DNA of 64,000 nucleotides from Candidatus Poribacteria bacterium (GTDB taxonomy: Bacteria; Poribacteria; WGA-4E; JAJDTR01). The notes below the pieces were generated by a model. The model was given only the letters and a program-made list of their open reading frames with translations. It was not told where the DNA came from and did not search any database. Positions 23,643 to 34,200 of this stretch are shown here, one piece after another. Position 1 is the first letter of the stretch; the number at the start of each line of letters is the position of its first letter. Location of the stretch: NCBI GenBank assembly GCA_965222225.1, contig CBDCTK010000002.1:2592001-2656000 (forward strand), given 5' to 3'. The position numbers and the translations under genes were made by a program.

Positions 23643-23671
23643 AGTATAGATTGAGGTATTGGTGGTGTCAA
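23643..23671 (-). promoter_or_regulatory. Sigma70 promoter of the RM gene
   Basis: TTGACA-17 bp-TATACT on the minus strand. Confidence 0.7.
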
Positions 23672-23889
23672 GGGGTTTCCGTCGGGGTGGCGGATGGAAG
23701 CGTGGAAGGATGGACGGAAGAAACCGAGTTTTGAAGAAAAAACTCGGTTTCGAGGGGAGATTGTAGATTTGAGGGTTTAAGATTGGTGGGCAGTGCCCAC
23801 CCTACAATACAAGTTGAATATCGCACTAGGATAGCGGTCTCTTCCGGTTCCCGGCTTGTGAAAATCCCTATCGCGCGGGATTTTCACAG

Positions 23890-23932
23890 GGATCTCTATC
23901 GCGCTCATTATTCATTCGCTTGATCCCCTACA
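23890..23932. repeat. Degenerate repeat family E (GGATYTCTATCGC...TATTCRYTCSNTTGATC); copies ~1450-1495, inverted ~1545-1581, ~9430-9555, ~12995-13065, ~15560-15587, ~31198-31272, ~57854-57870
   Basis: Recurrent TCTCTATCGC / TTCGCTTGATC blocks between genes, often as inverted pairs; boundaries approximate. Confidence 0.7.
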
Positions 23933-23965
23933 GTAGGTTTGTAAAGTGGCTGTTGGGAAAAGGAC

Positions 23966-23995
23966 TTGACAAATTCGCCAGGAATAGACTATCAT
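23966..23995 (+). promoter_or_regulatory. Putative promoter of rpmH
   Basis: TTGACA-18 bp-TATCAT, then AAGGAG RBS. Confidence 0.55.
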
Positions 23996-24037
23996 TCGTT
24001 GGTTTTTTGCAGACACATTTTTCGAAAGGAGCTCCTC

Positions 24038-24172
24038 GTGAAACGTACATATCAGCCTCATAATCGTAAGCGCAAAAACAAACTCGGATTTCGGCAGCGG
24101 ATGTCCACGAAAAACGGCCGAAAACTTATCGCGCGGCGACGGCTCAAGGGGCGTCGTATCCTTAGCGCGTAG
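24038..24172 (+). CDS. rpmH: 50S ribosomal protein L34
   Basis: [47 protein letters not shown] start. Confidence 0.97.
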   Translation: MKRTYQPHNRKRKNKLGFRQRMSTKNGRKLIARRRLKGRRILSA

Positions 24173-24246
24173 ACCTATCCGAAACATAACCAATTCTTTC
24201 CACCCAGCCCCCTTGGGAGCCATCAACCACTGCCTTTCTTCAGAAT

Positions 24247-25251
24247 ATGCTTCCGCTTGGAAAGCTCAAAATCGATTTCTTAGAAAGCATCCTTCCCGAC
24301 GCAGGACGTGATTCCCGTGTCATCGTAGGCGCGCAGGTCGGGGAGGATGCGGCTGTCATCGACTTCGGCGAAACCTGCCTCGTAGCCAAGACCGACCCGA
24401 TCACGTTTGCAACCGACGAAATTGGTTGGTACCTTGTCTGTGTGAATAGCAATGACATCGCGGCGATGGGAGCCGTTCCGAAATGGTTACTGGTGACGAT
24501 TCTGCTGCCGGAGCGTTATGCCACCGAAGATCTCGTCTCAGACATTATGGCGCAGATTGCCAAAGCGTGCGAACACTTCAACATCGCGTTGTGCGGCGGG
24601 CATACGGAGGTCACGTATGGCTTGGATCGACCGATTGTTGTCGGGCAGATGCTCGGCGAGGTACGAAAGGAGAAATTAATCCTGTCCTCCGGGGCGCGAG
24701 AGGGGGATGACCTTATCCTCACGAAAGGACTCGGGATTGAGGCGACTTCGATCATCGCTCGCGAGCGCGAATCGGAACTGGTGGACAAATATTCCGGCTG
24801 CTTTCTTGCGCGGGCGAAAGAACACCTCACTTCTCCCGGGATTTCGGTTCTGAAGGACGCTCTAACCGCGGCTGGCACCGGAGGCGTCCATGCCATGCAC
24901 GATCCGACGGAGGGCGGGATTGCAACAGCAATTCATGAGCTATGCCGAGCCGCACAACTCGGCGCGGTTGTCTGGCAGGAGAAACTGTTTCTCTCCGATG
25001 AGGCACGGAGGCTTTGTGCGGAATTTGAGTTGAATCCGTTGGGTGTCATCTCTTCGGGAGCGTTGCTAATTGCCGCGGCTCCCGCGAGGACGCATGAGAT
25101 TGCGGATGCGCTTGGCAAAGAGGGAATTGCCTCGGGGGTTATCGGTCGCTTCCACGCGCAGGAAGAGGGGATTTGGCTTGAGAACGGAAATGGAGAACGC
25201 CAGCCGCTTCCAATCTTCGAGAGTGACGAGATTACCAAGATTTTCAATTGA
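24247..25251 (+). CDS. AIR synthase-related (PurM/HypE-like) protein
   Basis: GEDAAV, DPITFA, NDIAAMGA.P, GGHTEVT, MHDPTEGG. Confidence 0.88.
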   Translation: MLPLGKLKIDFLESILPDAGRDSRVIVGAQVGEDAAVIDFGETCLVAKTDPITFATDEIGWYLVCVNSNDIAAMGAVPKWLLVTILLPERYATEDLVSDIMAQIAKACEHFNIALCGGHTEVTYGLDRPIVVGQMLGEVRKEKLILSSGAREGDDLILTKGLGIEATSIIARERESELVDKYSGCFLARAKEHLTSPGISVLKDALTAAGTGGVHAMHDPTEGGIATAIHELCRAAQLGAVVWQEKLFLSDEARRLCAEFELNPLGVISSGALLIAAAPARTHEIADALGKEGIASGVIGRFHAQEEGIWLENGNGERQPLPIFESDEITKIFN

Positions 25252-25481
25252 GTTGAATGGATGCCTATCAATGACAGAAAGTAAAAGTTAGGATTGGAAG
25301 GATGGAAGAGGGAAAGGATGGAAAATTCTCTTTCACGCCACCGTCATTCGGATTCGCGCTAGTGGTGCCGCATGGTAGTAGGTAGCGCAGATCTGCGTTC
25401 CTTACAGTTACCAAGACATAATACGATTCAAGTTTATCTGGTAGCTGAATCGCTCGGAGGACGATGTGCGAGGGATAATCT

Positions 25482-26732
25482 ATGCCAAGAAAATTTGATG
25501 TCCCAACCTACTATCGCAGCCCGATTATCTCCGTTGTGAAGAAAGCGCGGCAGGTGACGGATCCGCGCAAGCGAGATCTCTCTCCATCAATGCTGGATTT
25601 TGGACCGGTTCGATTCAAGATTTCACGGCACTTCGGGTTCTGCTACGGCGTCGAAAATGCGATCGAGATCGCTTATCGGGCTTTGGAGGATAATCCGGAT
25701 AAGCAGATATACTTGCTGTCCGAGATGATTCATAATCCTCGCGTCAACGATGATCTGCGGCAACGAGGGATACAGTTCCTCTGCGACACCTCGGGACGGC
25801 AGCTTATTCCTTTCGACCATTTGACGCCGGACGACATCGTCATTGTGCCGGCGTTCGGCACCACATTGGAGATTCAGGAAGATTTAGCGCAGCGAGGCAT
25901 CAACCCGTATGCCTTCAACACCACCTGCCCGTTTGTCGAGAAGGTTTGGAAGAAGAGTCACGATATCGGCAGCCTGAATTATACGGTTGTCGTGCACGGC
26001 AAGCGTCACCATGAGGAGACGCGCGCCACATTTTCTCACGCCAAGGCGGAGGCGCCGGTCGTAATCGTCCGCGATTTGGAGGAAGCGAAACAGCTTGCGC
26101 GCGTCATACGTCGGGAGGCGTCGAAGGAATTTTTCTACGAGTATTTTGCGGATCGGCACTCTCCGGATTTTGATCCGGACAAGCATCTCCAGCGCGTCGG
26201 TGTGGTAAACCAGACGACGATGCTCGCCACGGAGACTCAGGCGATTGCCAAGCTGCTCCGGCAGGCGATGATAGCGCGGTACGGCGAAAAGGATATCGAC
26301 GAACATTTTGCCGACACGAACGATACGCTCTGCTACGCGACAAAGGAGAATCAGGATGCCACGGTCGCGCTGATCGACGATGGGGGCGATGTCGCTGTCG
26401 TCGTCGGGGGCTACAATTCTTCCAATACCAGCCACCTTGTGGAGCTATGCGAGGAGCGTATGCCGACGTACTTCATCTGCGATGCCGACGAGATGAGTTC
26501 GCCGAAGCGCATCCGTCACCTAAACATTCACACGAGGTCGGTAGCCGTGACATCCGACTGGCTTCCGTTAGATTCCAAGAACGGGTCGCCGATTGATGTT
26601 GTGCTAACGGCGGGCGCCTCTTGCCCGGATTCTCTCCTTGATGATACCCTCCACAAAATTGTCTCTTGGTTTCCGGCGGCGCATTCCGTTGACGCCGTCA
26701 TGTCGCCTTTTCAAGAACAACTTCCTGCTTAG
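25482..26732 (+). CDS. ispH: 4-hydroxy-3-methylbut-2-enyl diphosphate reductase
   Basis: GFCYGVE, IHNP, TCPFV, NQTTM, DTLCYAT..NQ, GGYNSSNT, TAGASCP. Confidence 0.95.
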   Translation: MPRKFDVPTYYRSPIISVVKKARQVTDPRKRDLSPSMLDFGPVRFKISRHFGFCYGVENAIEIAYRALEDNPDKQIYLLSEMIHNPRVNDDLRQRGIQFLCDTSGRQLIPFDHLTPDDIVIVPAFGTTLEIQEDLAQRGINPYAFNTTCPFVEKVWKKSHDIGSLNYTVVVHGKRHHEETRATFSHAKAEAPVVIVRDLEEAKQLARVIRREASKEFFYEYFADRHSPDFDPDKHLQRVGVVNQTTMLATETQAIAKLLRQAMIARYGEKDIDEHFADTNDTLCYATKENQDATVALIDDGGDVAVVVGGYNSSNTSHLVELCEERMPTYFICDADEMSSPKRIRHLNIHTRSVAVTSDWLPLDSKNGSPIDVVLTAGASCPDSLLDDTLHKIVSWFPAAHSVDAVMSPFQEQLPA

Positions 26733-26892
26733 CCTCATGGAAGGATGGAAGAATGGAAGCTACGATTTGTCCATGCCCATAGAAATTGTACCGTACATGG
26801 AATGATGGCGGCGCCCCTTCAAGGATAGGAGTTGCAGAAACCGAGTTTTTCGTACATGTCTACACACAATCCGGAATGCTTAGAAACTTGGA

Positions 26893-27987
26893 TTAAGATA
26901 GCTCTCGTAGGGCGCCGAGGAGGGTATCGGTTTGCTCCGGGCGGCCGATGCTGATGCGGACGTGGTCGGTCAAGCCGGGCTTGCTAAAGTAGCGCACCAG
27001 GATACCTCGCCCCTCAAGATCGAGTTTGAGTTGGCGGGCGTCTCGGTCAATGACGCGGCAGAGAATGAAATTTGCTTGGCTCGGATAGGGCCGCAGGAAA
27101 CCGAGTTGGGTCAATTCTCCATACAACCGCCCGCGTTCTTCGACAATCTTTCTCACCGTTCCCATCAAATGTTCGGCGTCGTTTAGCGATGCCAACGCCG
27201 CCACGGTACCCGCCACATTGACGTTATACGGCTGCTTAATCTTCCATAGTTGCGGCATGATCGCTTCGGGGAAGACGCCGTACCCCACGCGCAGTCCCGC
27301 CAACCCGGCCCATTTACTGAAGGTGCGCAAAACGATGAGATTCTCATGTTCCATCACCCAATTGACGCGGCTGGTTCCGTGGAATTCGACATAGGCTTCA
27401 TCAAGAATCAAGGCGATGGGCAGGTCAAGCAAACGCACCAGATCATCGTCGCTCAAGATGCCCCCGTCGGGATTGTTAGGGCTGGTCAGAAAGAGGAGCT
27501 TGACGTTTGGAGCCTTCGCGACGGTTGACTTGATGGCGTCGATATCAACCGAGAAATCGAATCCGCGGGGGATGTTCATGAGGTGTCCGCCGTTGAGACC
27601 GGTATCAAAGCTGTACATGCCAAAGGTGGGAGGGCAATCAATGACGACATCACCCGGCTGGATAAGGAGGCGCATAATAAGGTCAATCAGTTCGTCAGCG
27701 CCGTGCCCTACCATGATGCGGGATTTGTTTATGCTCAAATATCGGCTCAGCGCCTCGCGGAGCACGGTGTTTCCCGGATCGGGGTAGATGTGGTAATAGC
27801 GCTCGCTTGCCAGCGCTTCGTGGATGCGCGGTGAGGGACCGTAGGGGTTCTCGTTGGCGTCGAGTTTGATTATCTCCTCGGGCGATCTGCCGAGTCGCTT
27901 GCTCAGGACATCAAATGGAAGGATGGGGGTGTAGGCTTCCATCTCGGCTATTTCTGGGCGGACGAATTTAGTTAGGTCGAATGGCAT
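26893..27987 (-). CDS. hisC: Histidinol-phosphate aminotransferase
   Basis: KLDANENPYGP, SPNNPDG, DEAYVEF, RTFSKWAGLAGLRVGY. Confidence 0.93.
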   Translation of the reverse strand: MPFDLTKFVRPEIAEMEAYTPILPFDVLSKRLGRSPEEIIKLDANENPYGPSPRIHEALASERYYHIYPDPGNTVLREALSRYLSINKSRIMVGHGADELIDLIMRLLIQPGDVVIDCPPTFGMYSFDTGLNGGHLMNIPRGFDFSVDIDAIKSTVAKAPNVKLLFLTSPNNPDGGILSDDDLVRLLDLPIALILDEAYVEFHGTSRVNWVMEHENLIVLRTFSKWAGLAGLRVGYGVFPEAIMPQLWKIKQPYNVNVAGTVAALASLNDAEHLMGTVRKIVEERGRLYGELTQLGFLRPYPSQANFILCRVIDRDARQLKLDLEGRGILVRYFSKPGLTDHVRISIGRPEQTDTLLGALRELS

Positions 27988-28086
27988 AGTTGTAGGTACG
28001 CGGGGTTTCGGCGTTGCTATACACCTGCCGCCCTTCCAGGGCTTTTGGCTGCATGGTGCTACTACTAAAGACAGTAGTGCACAGCT

Positions 28087-29391
28087 TCAGGCGAACAGTT
28101 CGTTAACAACGCTACCGTTGTTGACGACGCGAATCGGTCGTCCGGCACGCGAGTAGTTTTGGTTGTTATAATCGATTCCGAGGGCAAAGCAGAGGGAGGC
28201 GAAGAGATCGGGTACGGAAACTGGTCGCTCCACGACCTCGGTGCCATCCGTGTTGGTCGCACCGATTGCGCGTCCGCCGCGCACTCCGCCGCCGGCGATT
28301 ACGGCAGACCATCCGTTAGGGAAGTGATCCCGCCCTTCGTTTTCGTTTATTGTAGGCGTTCGCCCAAATTCACCGAGCCAAAGCACGATTGTCTCGTCAA
28401 GGAGATTGCGGTCATCAAGATCTCTCACGAGCGCCGCGAAGGCGGGGTCGACAACCTTTAGCAACCCTTCCGTCTGTTCAAAGTTATTTGTGTGCGTGTC
28501 CCACCCGTCAAGGGAGACCTCAACAAACTTCACCCCCGCCTCGATTAGGCGTCTCGCCATCAAACACCCCTGACCGAACCGGTTGTCGCCGTAGGCTTCT
28601 CTGAGGGCGATCGGTTCGTCGGAGATGTCGAACGCCTTCGCGCTTGGCGAATTGATTAGCTTGTCCGCTTTTTTGTAGACGGCTCGGTGCGCTTCCGTGC
28701 TTCTGACCTCGCGATTCTTGAGAAAATCCGTTTCGATATCGTCCAATAGTTTAAGCCGTTGTTGAAAACGCCGCTGATCCATCTGTTCCGGATATTTCAG
28801 GTCTTCAATCGGATTTCTCGGATCGTTCACGACAAACGGGTCGTGCGTTGCCCCGATAATCCCTGCGGTAAACGATGGCGAGTTGATGTTGACACAGTTG
28901 GGAAGATCGGAATCCTCTTCAGCCAGATAGTGGGACGCGAGCGATCCGAATGTCGGATGTTTGACAGAGCCCGTCGGCGGGTACCCGGTATGCAGCAGGT
29001 ATCGTGCCCGCTCGTGATTTCCCTCGCGGGACACCATGGAGCGAATCACTGCGAGATGGTGCGCTTGCTCCGCGACCAACGGCAGGTGCTGGGAGAATTG
29101 GATTCCTTTCGCGCTGGTTGAAATTGCGCTGAAGGGACCGGCGTTTAGCGACCCCGGCTTCGGATCGAAAGTGTCCAGTTGGCTCGGTCCACCGTTCATG
29201 AACAGCACAATGCACCGTGTTGCGCGCGGCACGATGTTTTCCATGTGGGCGAATGCCGCGGATTGAAGATGCTGCATGGCGACAAGCCCAAGGAAACTGC
29301 TCATTCCGAATTTGAGGAAGTTGCGTCGTGACATCTCGCTATTCAACGTGTCGGGGGATTCGTACTCCGGAACCCAGATTTGCGTCTTCAT
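28087..29391 (-). CDS. DUF1501 family protein with Tat signal
   Basis: SRRNFLK; FMNGGPSQLDTFDPKP; CLMARRLIEAGV; GWDTH; GEFGRTP; GRDH. Confidence 0.92.
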   Translation of the reverse strand: MKTQIWVPEYESPDTLNSEMSRRNFLKFGMSSFLGLVAMQHLQSAAFAHMENIVPRATRCIVLFMNGGPSQLDTFDPKPGSLNAGPFSAISTSAKGIQFSQHLPLVAEQAHHLAVIRSMVSREGNHERARYLLHTGYPPTGSVKHPTFGSLASHYLAEEDSDLPNCVNINSPSFTAGIIGATHDPFVVNDPRNPIEDLKYPEQMDQRRFQQRLKLLDDIETDFLKNREVRSTEAHRAVYKKADKLINSPSAKAFDISDEPIALREAYGDNRFGQGCLMARRLIEAGVKFVEVSLDGWDTHTNNFEQTEGLLKVVDPAFAALVRDLDDRNLLDETIVLWLGEFGRTPTINENEGRDHFPNGWSAVIAGGGVRGGRAIGATNTDGTEVVERPVSVPDLFASLCFALGIDYNNQNYSRAGRPIRVVNNGSVVNELFA

Positions 29392-29484
29392 CTTGCATTC
29401 TCCATTTCAATTCAAGTGCGGCGAGATTGCATCGCAGTTGTTTATGGTTCTTGATTTCGATCCGTAAAATTTTTCCAAGTTGAT

Positions 29485-31071
29485 TCAGTGGTTTAGTGCG
29501 AACTCGGCAGAGTTGAGTAGAACCCAATAGATATCGCTGTAGGCAAGATCTTTGTTGCGGTAGAGGCTGCGGTCCAAGTAGCGCTTGAAGTACGTTTTTT
29601 CCTTTGAATTCGGCGGACGAGAGAGCACGTTTAGGTAGATGTGTTCAAGGCGGTCACTCGGGTCGCGCCATTTGTCAAGGATGTAGTTGAGAAAACTGCC
29701 TCGCTCTTTGGTATCCGCGCTATCGTTCACCATGGAGCCGTTAATCATCATCAAAGCCTGGGGCACGGTGCCGTTAAACGCTTCAATCTCCTCGTTCTCC
29801 CCGTTGTCGAGTAGAAAGATAAAACGCTCAAGATAATCGCGTTTCTTACTCTCAAGAGCTCCCGGGTCTCGGCGATTTTGCAACCTTTCAAAGCCGGTAG
29901 CTTGAAGCATTGAGTAGAAAAACTGCTCCGGGTCTAGCGGTTTGATGTAGGCGTGCGAATAGTATGTGTCGTCATCCTTGTTGCTCTTGTTCGTTGCCGA
30001 TGATCGCTGGTAAGCGTCTGTGTTCAAAATAATGCGCATCAAATACTGTAAATCATAGTCGTAGATGACGAAGAAATCGGCTAGGGTGTCGAGGAGTTCG
30101 GGATCCGATGGCGGATACTCCTCTCCGAATCCGTCGAGCGGTTCGACGAACGCCCTCCCCATAAAATGCGCCCAAATTCGGTTCACGAGTGCCTTGGCAA
30201 AGTAGGGATTATCTTTGCGGGTTAACCATTCACCTAACGCCTGTCGCTCCAAGGTAGGCAGTCCTTGATAGGGCTTGCCGTCCAAGAAGCGCGGAACGAC
30301 GTTTGTATCGGTGTCCGGGATATGAATTGGTCCCGCGGTACCGTCTTTAATGTAGGCTCCTACCTCTTCCTTCTTGCCATCCATGGTTATTTCGTAAAGC
30401 GGAACTCGCTCCATGCCGGTGAAAAATGCGGCGACACCGAAGAAATCCTCTTGGAACCACGCCTCAGTCTTGTGATCATGACACTGAGCGCACTGCATCG
30501 GCAGCCCCAGAAATAGACGGGAGATTTGGGCGGTCAATTCTACCGGATCCAAATCGTAGCGCATGATATAATCTGCGGCGCCGTTGTCTTCCGCGTTTCC
30601 CTTCGCGGCTACAAGTTGCTTCACAAAGTAATCGTACGGCATGTTTTTCCTCAGCGCCTCTTGCACCCAATTTTCCAAGTTTTCCAGATTGCTGGAAGCT
30701 TCTCGCTTTACTAGCCAATTCATCCAAAGATGTGTCCAATACTGAATGTAGGGTTCACTACCAATCAACCTGTCAATCTTCTTCTCCCGCTTATTCTTGG
30801 ACCCAGCCTTGAGGAATTCCAGGACCTCGTCGGCAGTAGGGATTTTGCCGGTCAAATCGAGGTGAACGCGCCTCAGAAATTCGGCGTCGGATGATTGCTT
30901 GGAGGGCTTGAGATCCTGCTCCTTCAATCTTGTCCCAATGTGTATGTTCAAGAATTCCGTACTTCTAGGGATACGGCTTTCTGCCGCCGAGTTCCAGATG
31001 CAGAATGACACAAGGATTACAAGCCAAGAAAAAAGAGTTGGGTTACGTGAATATTGAGATGAGCATTTCAT
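29485..31071 (-). CDS. DUF1549/DUF1553 (PSCyt2/PSD1) protein
   Basis: FLRRVHLDLTG.IPT, CAQCHDH, NPYFAKALVNRIW, PELLD.LA, VPQAL.M.N, C-terminal LNSAEF..NH. Confidence 0.92.
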   Translation of the reverse strand: MKCSSQYSRNPTLFSWLVILVSFCIWNSAAESRIPRSTEFLNIHIGTRLKEQDLKPSKQSSDAEFLRRVHLDLTGKIPTADEVLEFLKAGSKNKREKKIDRLIGSEPYIQYWTHLWMNWLVKREASSNLENLENWVQEALRKNMPYDYFVKQLVAAKGNAEDNGAADYIMRYDLDPVELTAQISRLFLGLPMQCAQCHDHKTEAWFQEDFFGVAAFFTGMERVPLYEITMDGKKEEVGAYIKDGTAGPIHIPDTDTNVVPRFLDGKPYQGLPTLERQALGEWLTRKDNPYFAKALVNRIWAHFMGRAFVEPLDGFGEEYPPSDPELLDTLADFFVIYDYDLQYLMRIILNTDAYQRSSATNKSNKDDDTYYSHAYIKPLDPEQFFYSMLQATGFERLQNRRDPGALESKKRDYLERFIFLLDNGENEEIEAFNGTVPQALMMINGSMVNDSADTKERGSFLNYILDKWRDPSDRLEHIYLNVLSRPPNSKEKTYFKRYLDRSLYRNKDLAYSDIYWVLLNSAEFALNH

Positions 31072-31296
31072 AATTTTGTTCTCCGCGGCACCGACGGTGC
31101 TAGTTTGAAGTCTAGAGATGCATAAGCATAACACAACTGGCGTTATCTCTGCGTAAATCGCTCAAAGCATCCTATACCACAAAAGTTGGGCTAGGAAGGG
31201 ATTTCTATCGCGGTCGTTATCAGGGATCCCTATCGCATTCGCTATTCGCTCATTTGATCGTTCCCTTGATTCCTCCTACGGAGTGATCGCTTGGTT

Positions 31297-34200
31297 CTAC
31301 TTCCTAATCAGCATCTTGCGTGTTGCCGTGAAGTCGCCAGCCGTCAGTGTGTAGAAATAGATGCCGCTGGCGACTGGCTCGCCACCCCCATTGCGGCCGT
31401 CCCAATACAGCGCACGGCTGTGGCTCTGATACAGCCCAGCCGCTTGATGTCCCATCTCAAAACGCCGAACCGTCCCCCCGTTCATGTCATAAATCGTCAA
31501 CGTTACCTCTGCGGGCGCCGCCAACTGATAGGGTATCCAGGTCTCAGGATTGAAGGGATTCGGATAATTGGGCAGGAGTGCCGTCTCTGACGGGATCATC
31601 GAGGCTGACAACACCTCGAGGTTGGCTATGGCTTGTCGGAAGGCGATTGAGCCGTCGTCTGCGAGTCGTGCTTGGGCAATCCACGTCTCTATTGTCTTGG
31701 ATTCTAACCCATGCGCTGGCGGCGCGGCAGTTCCGCCAATTCCCTGAGCGACGAGAGTGAGGTCGAATATATTTACAACCCCATCGCCATTAACATCCAC
31801 GCTCGAGTTGGCGGGCACACTTCTCCCTAACTGCCGCGCAACCAGAATCAGATCCAAAATACTGACAACTCCATCACGATTTACATCCCCGGTCATCAGC
31901 CGTTCCTCCACAATGAAAGTGATTTCATGCGGCCCCGCCGGGATGTTTTCACCAGTGAAAGAGCCAAGCTGGAAGTTACCCAGCGCCACTGCTGTTTCGC
32001 CTTCAGACTTCGCCTTAAACCTTACCTGAAGCAGGGGACCGCTGCCACTGACGCCACTGTCGGAAAGCAGCGCAGCCTTGAGTCCCATGATTTTTCCATT
32101 TGCGTTATCAATACGCCCAGCCTGAAAGAAGACTGTTCCTCCATCCGTCTTCAGGAAATCGCCTTCGCTCGTGTCAATCGCTTCAAGGACGAAAGAATCA
32201 AAGGCGATATCAAACTGCCACCCCGCCAAGTCGAACACATTTTCTGCTCGGATGTCGAGGCTAAAGGTATCGCCGATGTGAATTGGCGTCTCGGAAAAGG
32301 CGTAGCCGACGCCAGTTCCCACCGTATATTCAGTGTTGGGCTCAAATCCAAAGAAAGCGCCGGTGTCGAAACTAGGCGAGAAAACCGCAACTAACAAAAC
32401 ATTTTTCCCCTGCTGAAGCGTAACCGGGAAAAAATCATTGTAATCAAGCTCCAGCGCCCTGTCACCCAGCACCTCGTAGACCAAATCTCCGTTGAGCCAG
32501 ACCTTTAGTCCTTCGTCGTTGCCAACGTGCATCCTTGTCTTCTGTTCCCGTGGCGAATAGAGGGATATAGTGCCGTAGATAACGCCGTCGCTCAGCATAC
32601 CTCCGATGTTGTTCCGATCCGTAGACGGGAGTTGGTGGGAGGTCCACACGTCATCGCCAACTGATTTTCCCACTGTTGCCCCCTGTGTGGCGACGTCCAC
32701 CTCTGTCACCGTACCGTCACTGGCTTCTGATAGTAAATCGGTACTGCTATCCAGTATGGTGTCCGGTAACAAGACCCATAACCAAGGTCCCCCAATTTTT
32801 GGACCTCCTTGTGGGAAACCCGGATTGTCGTACGTCCTAAGGGATTTCATATTGGGACGTAACCCGTCTAGAGGAGAAAGATCGGAGATTTCGTTCACGG
32901 AGACATCCAGCCATGTTAAATTGGATAAACCGGCGAGCGCCGATATGTCTGAGATTATGTTGTTGTGGAGGTTCAACCACTTCAAGTTGGATAACCCTGC
33001 AAGGGATGATATATCCGATATATCATTACGTGAAAAATCTAGCCGTTTCAAATCGGTTAATCCCGCAAGGGGTGAAATATCCGCTACGTCGTTGCCGAAT
33101 AGATACAGTTCTTCTAGGCCCGTCAAGCCCGCCAAAGGGGTAAGATCCGATATATCTCCACCGGGAAGATATAAATGCCTCAGTTTTGTCAATCCTGCCA
33201 AGGGCGATAAATCGGATGCGGATGTGCCCATGTGAATGAGTTCCAGGTTGACTAATCCGGCAAGCGGCGATAGATCGCGTATGTTAGAGTGACTCACAAA
33301 GAGTTGCTCTAACTTGGGTAGCCCAGCAAGGGGTGTAAGGTCCTCTACTCCATGAAGAGCTAAAAAAGTTAGATTAACCAATCTGGAAAGCTGTTTCGCG
33401 TCATGAATAACGGAAGGTGAATCGATGAAGTCAATATCTAGAGCTTTTAACTGGGTTAGTCCTGCTATCGGAGAGAGATCGGACACCTTAGACCCACTAC
33501 CATTTATGCTAGACAGATTGGTCGCAAACTGAAGACCGGTTAAATCGCGGATATCTTGGCCCTCTATTATGCTCAAGAAAGTCAATCCTTCCATGTCTTC
33601 CACGGTTATCGGGGCATTGGGACTTTTGCCAAGTTCTTCAGCAATGGCAGTGCGTAGGTTCGGATCCGGGATATAAACCTGCGTACCCGGTATTACATCC
33701 GGCTGCGTTATTACCGGGGGCTCTCCAACTTGCCCCGGGTAATCCAGCGCATACATCACGTCTCGAAAACTCGATGTCCAGGTGTCCCGTTGCACGCTCC
33801 CGTTCTCACCCTCTAACGCCAACAAACCTATGTTCTGTAGTCCCGTGTTCTCACGAACCTTTTCGAGAAAGACTTCGGTTTCTAAACCAACCACGGCAGC
33901 GGCGTATGCGGCGTCTACCGGTCCCTGGAACGCCTCATGGAAACGCGAAATCGGCTCGACTCCGCCAACCACACCGCCCGTGGCTTCAAGCGCTTCCCGA
34001 TAGCGCTCCATGTCGCCACCCACACGAGCGTCCATGTCCGACTTTTCAACGTAGAGTCGCAACGCCTGCGCTTTGTTGTAAGGCGGGTTGGTATTGCTCT
34101 CAATCACGGAACGCACTTGGTCTTCAAAGGTCTTCATGCCTTCCGTATGGCAACCTATACAAGAAAGCCCGTTGCGTACCGTCGGGTCGCTGGCAGCGGG

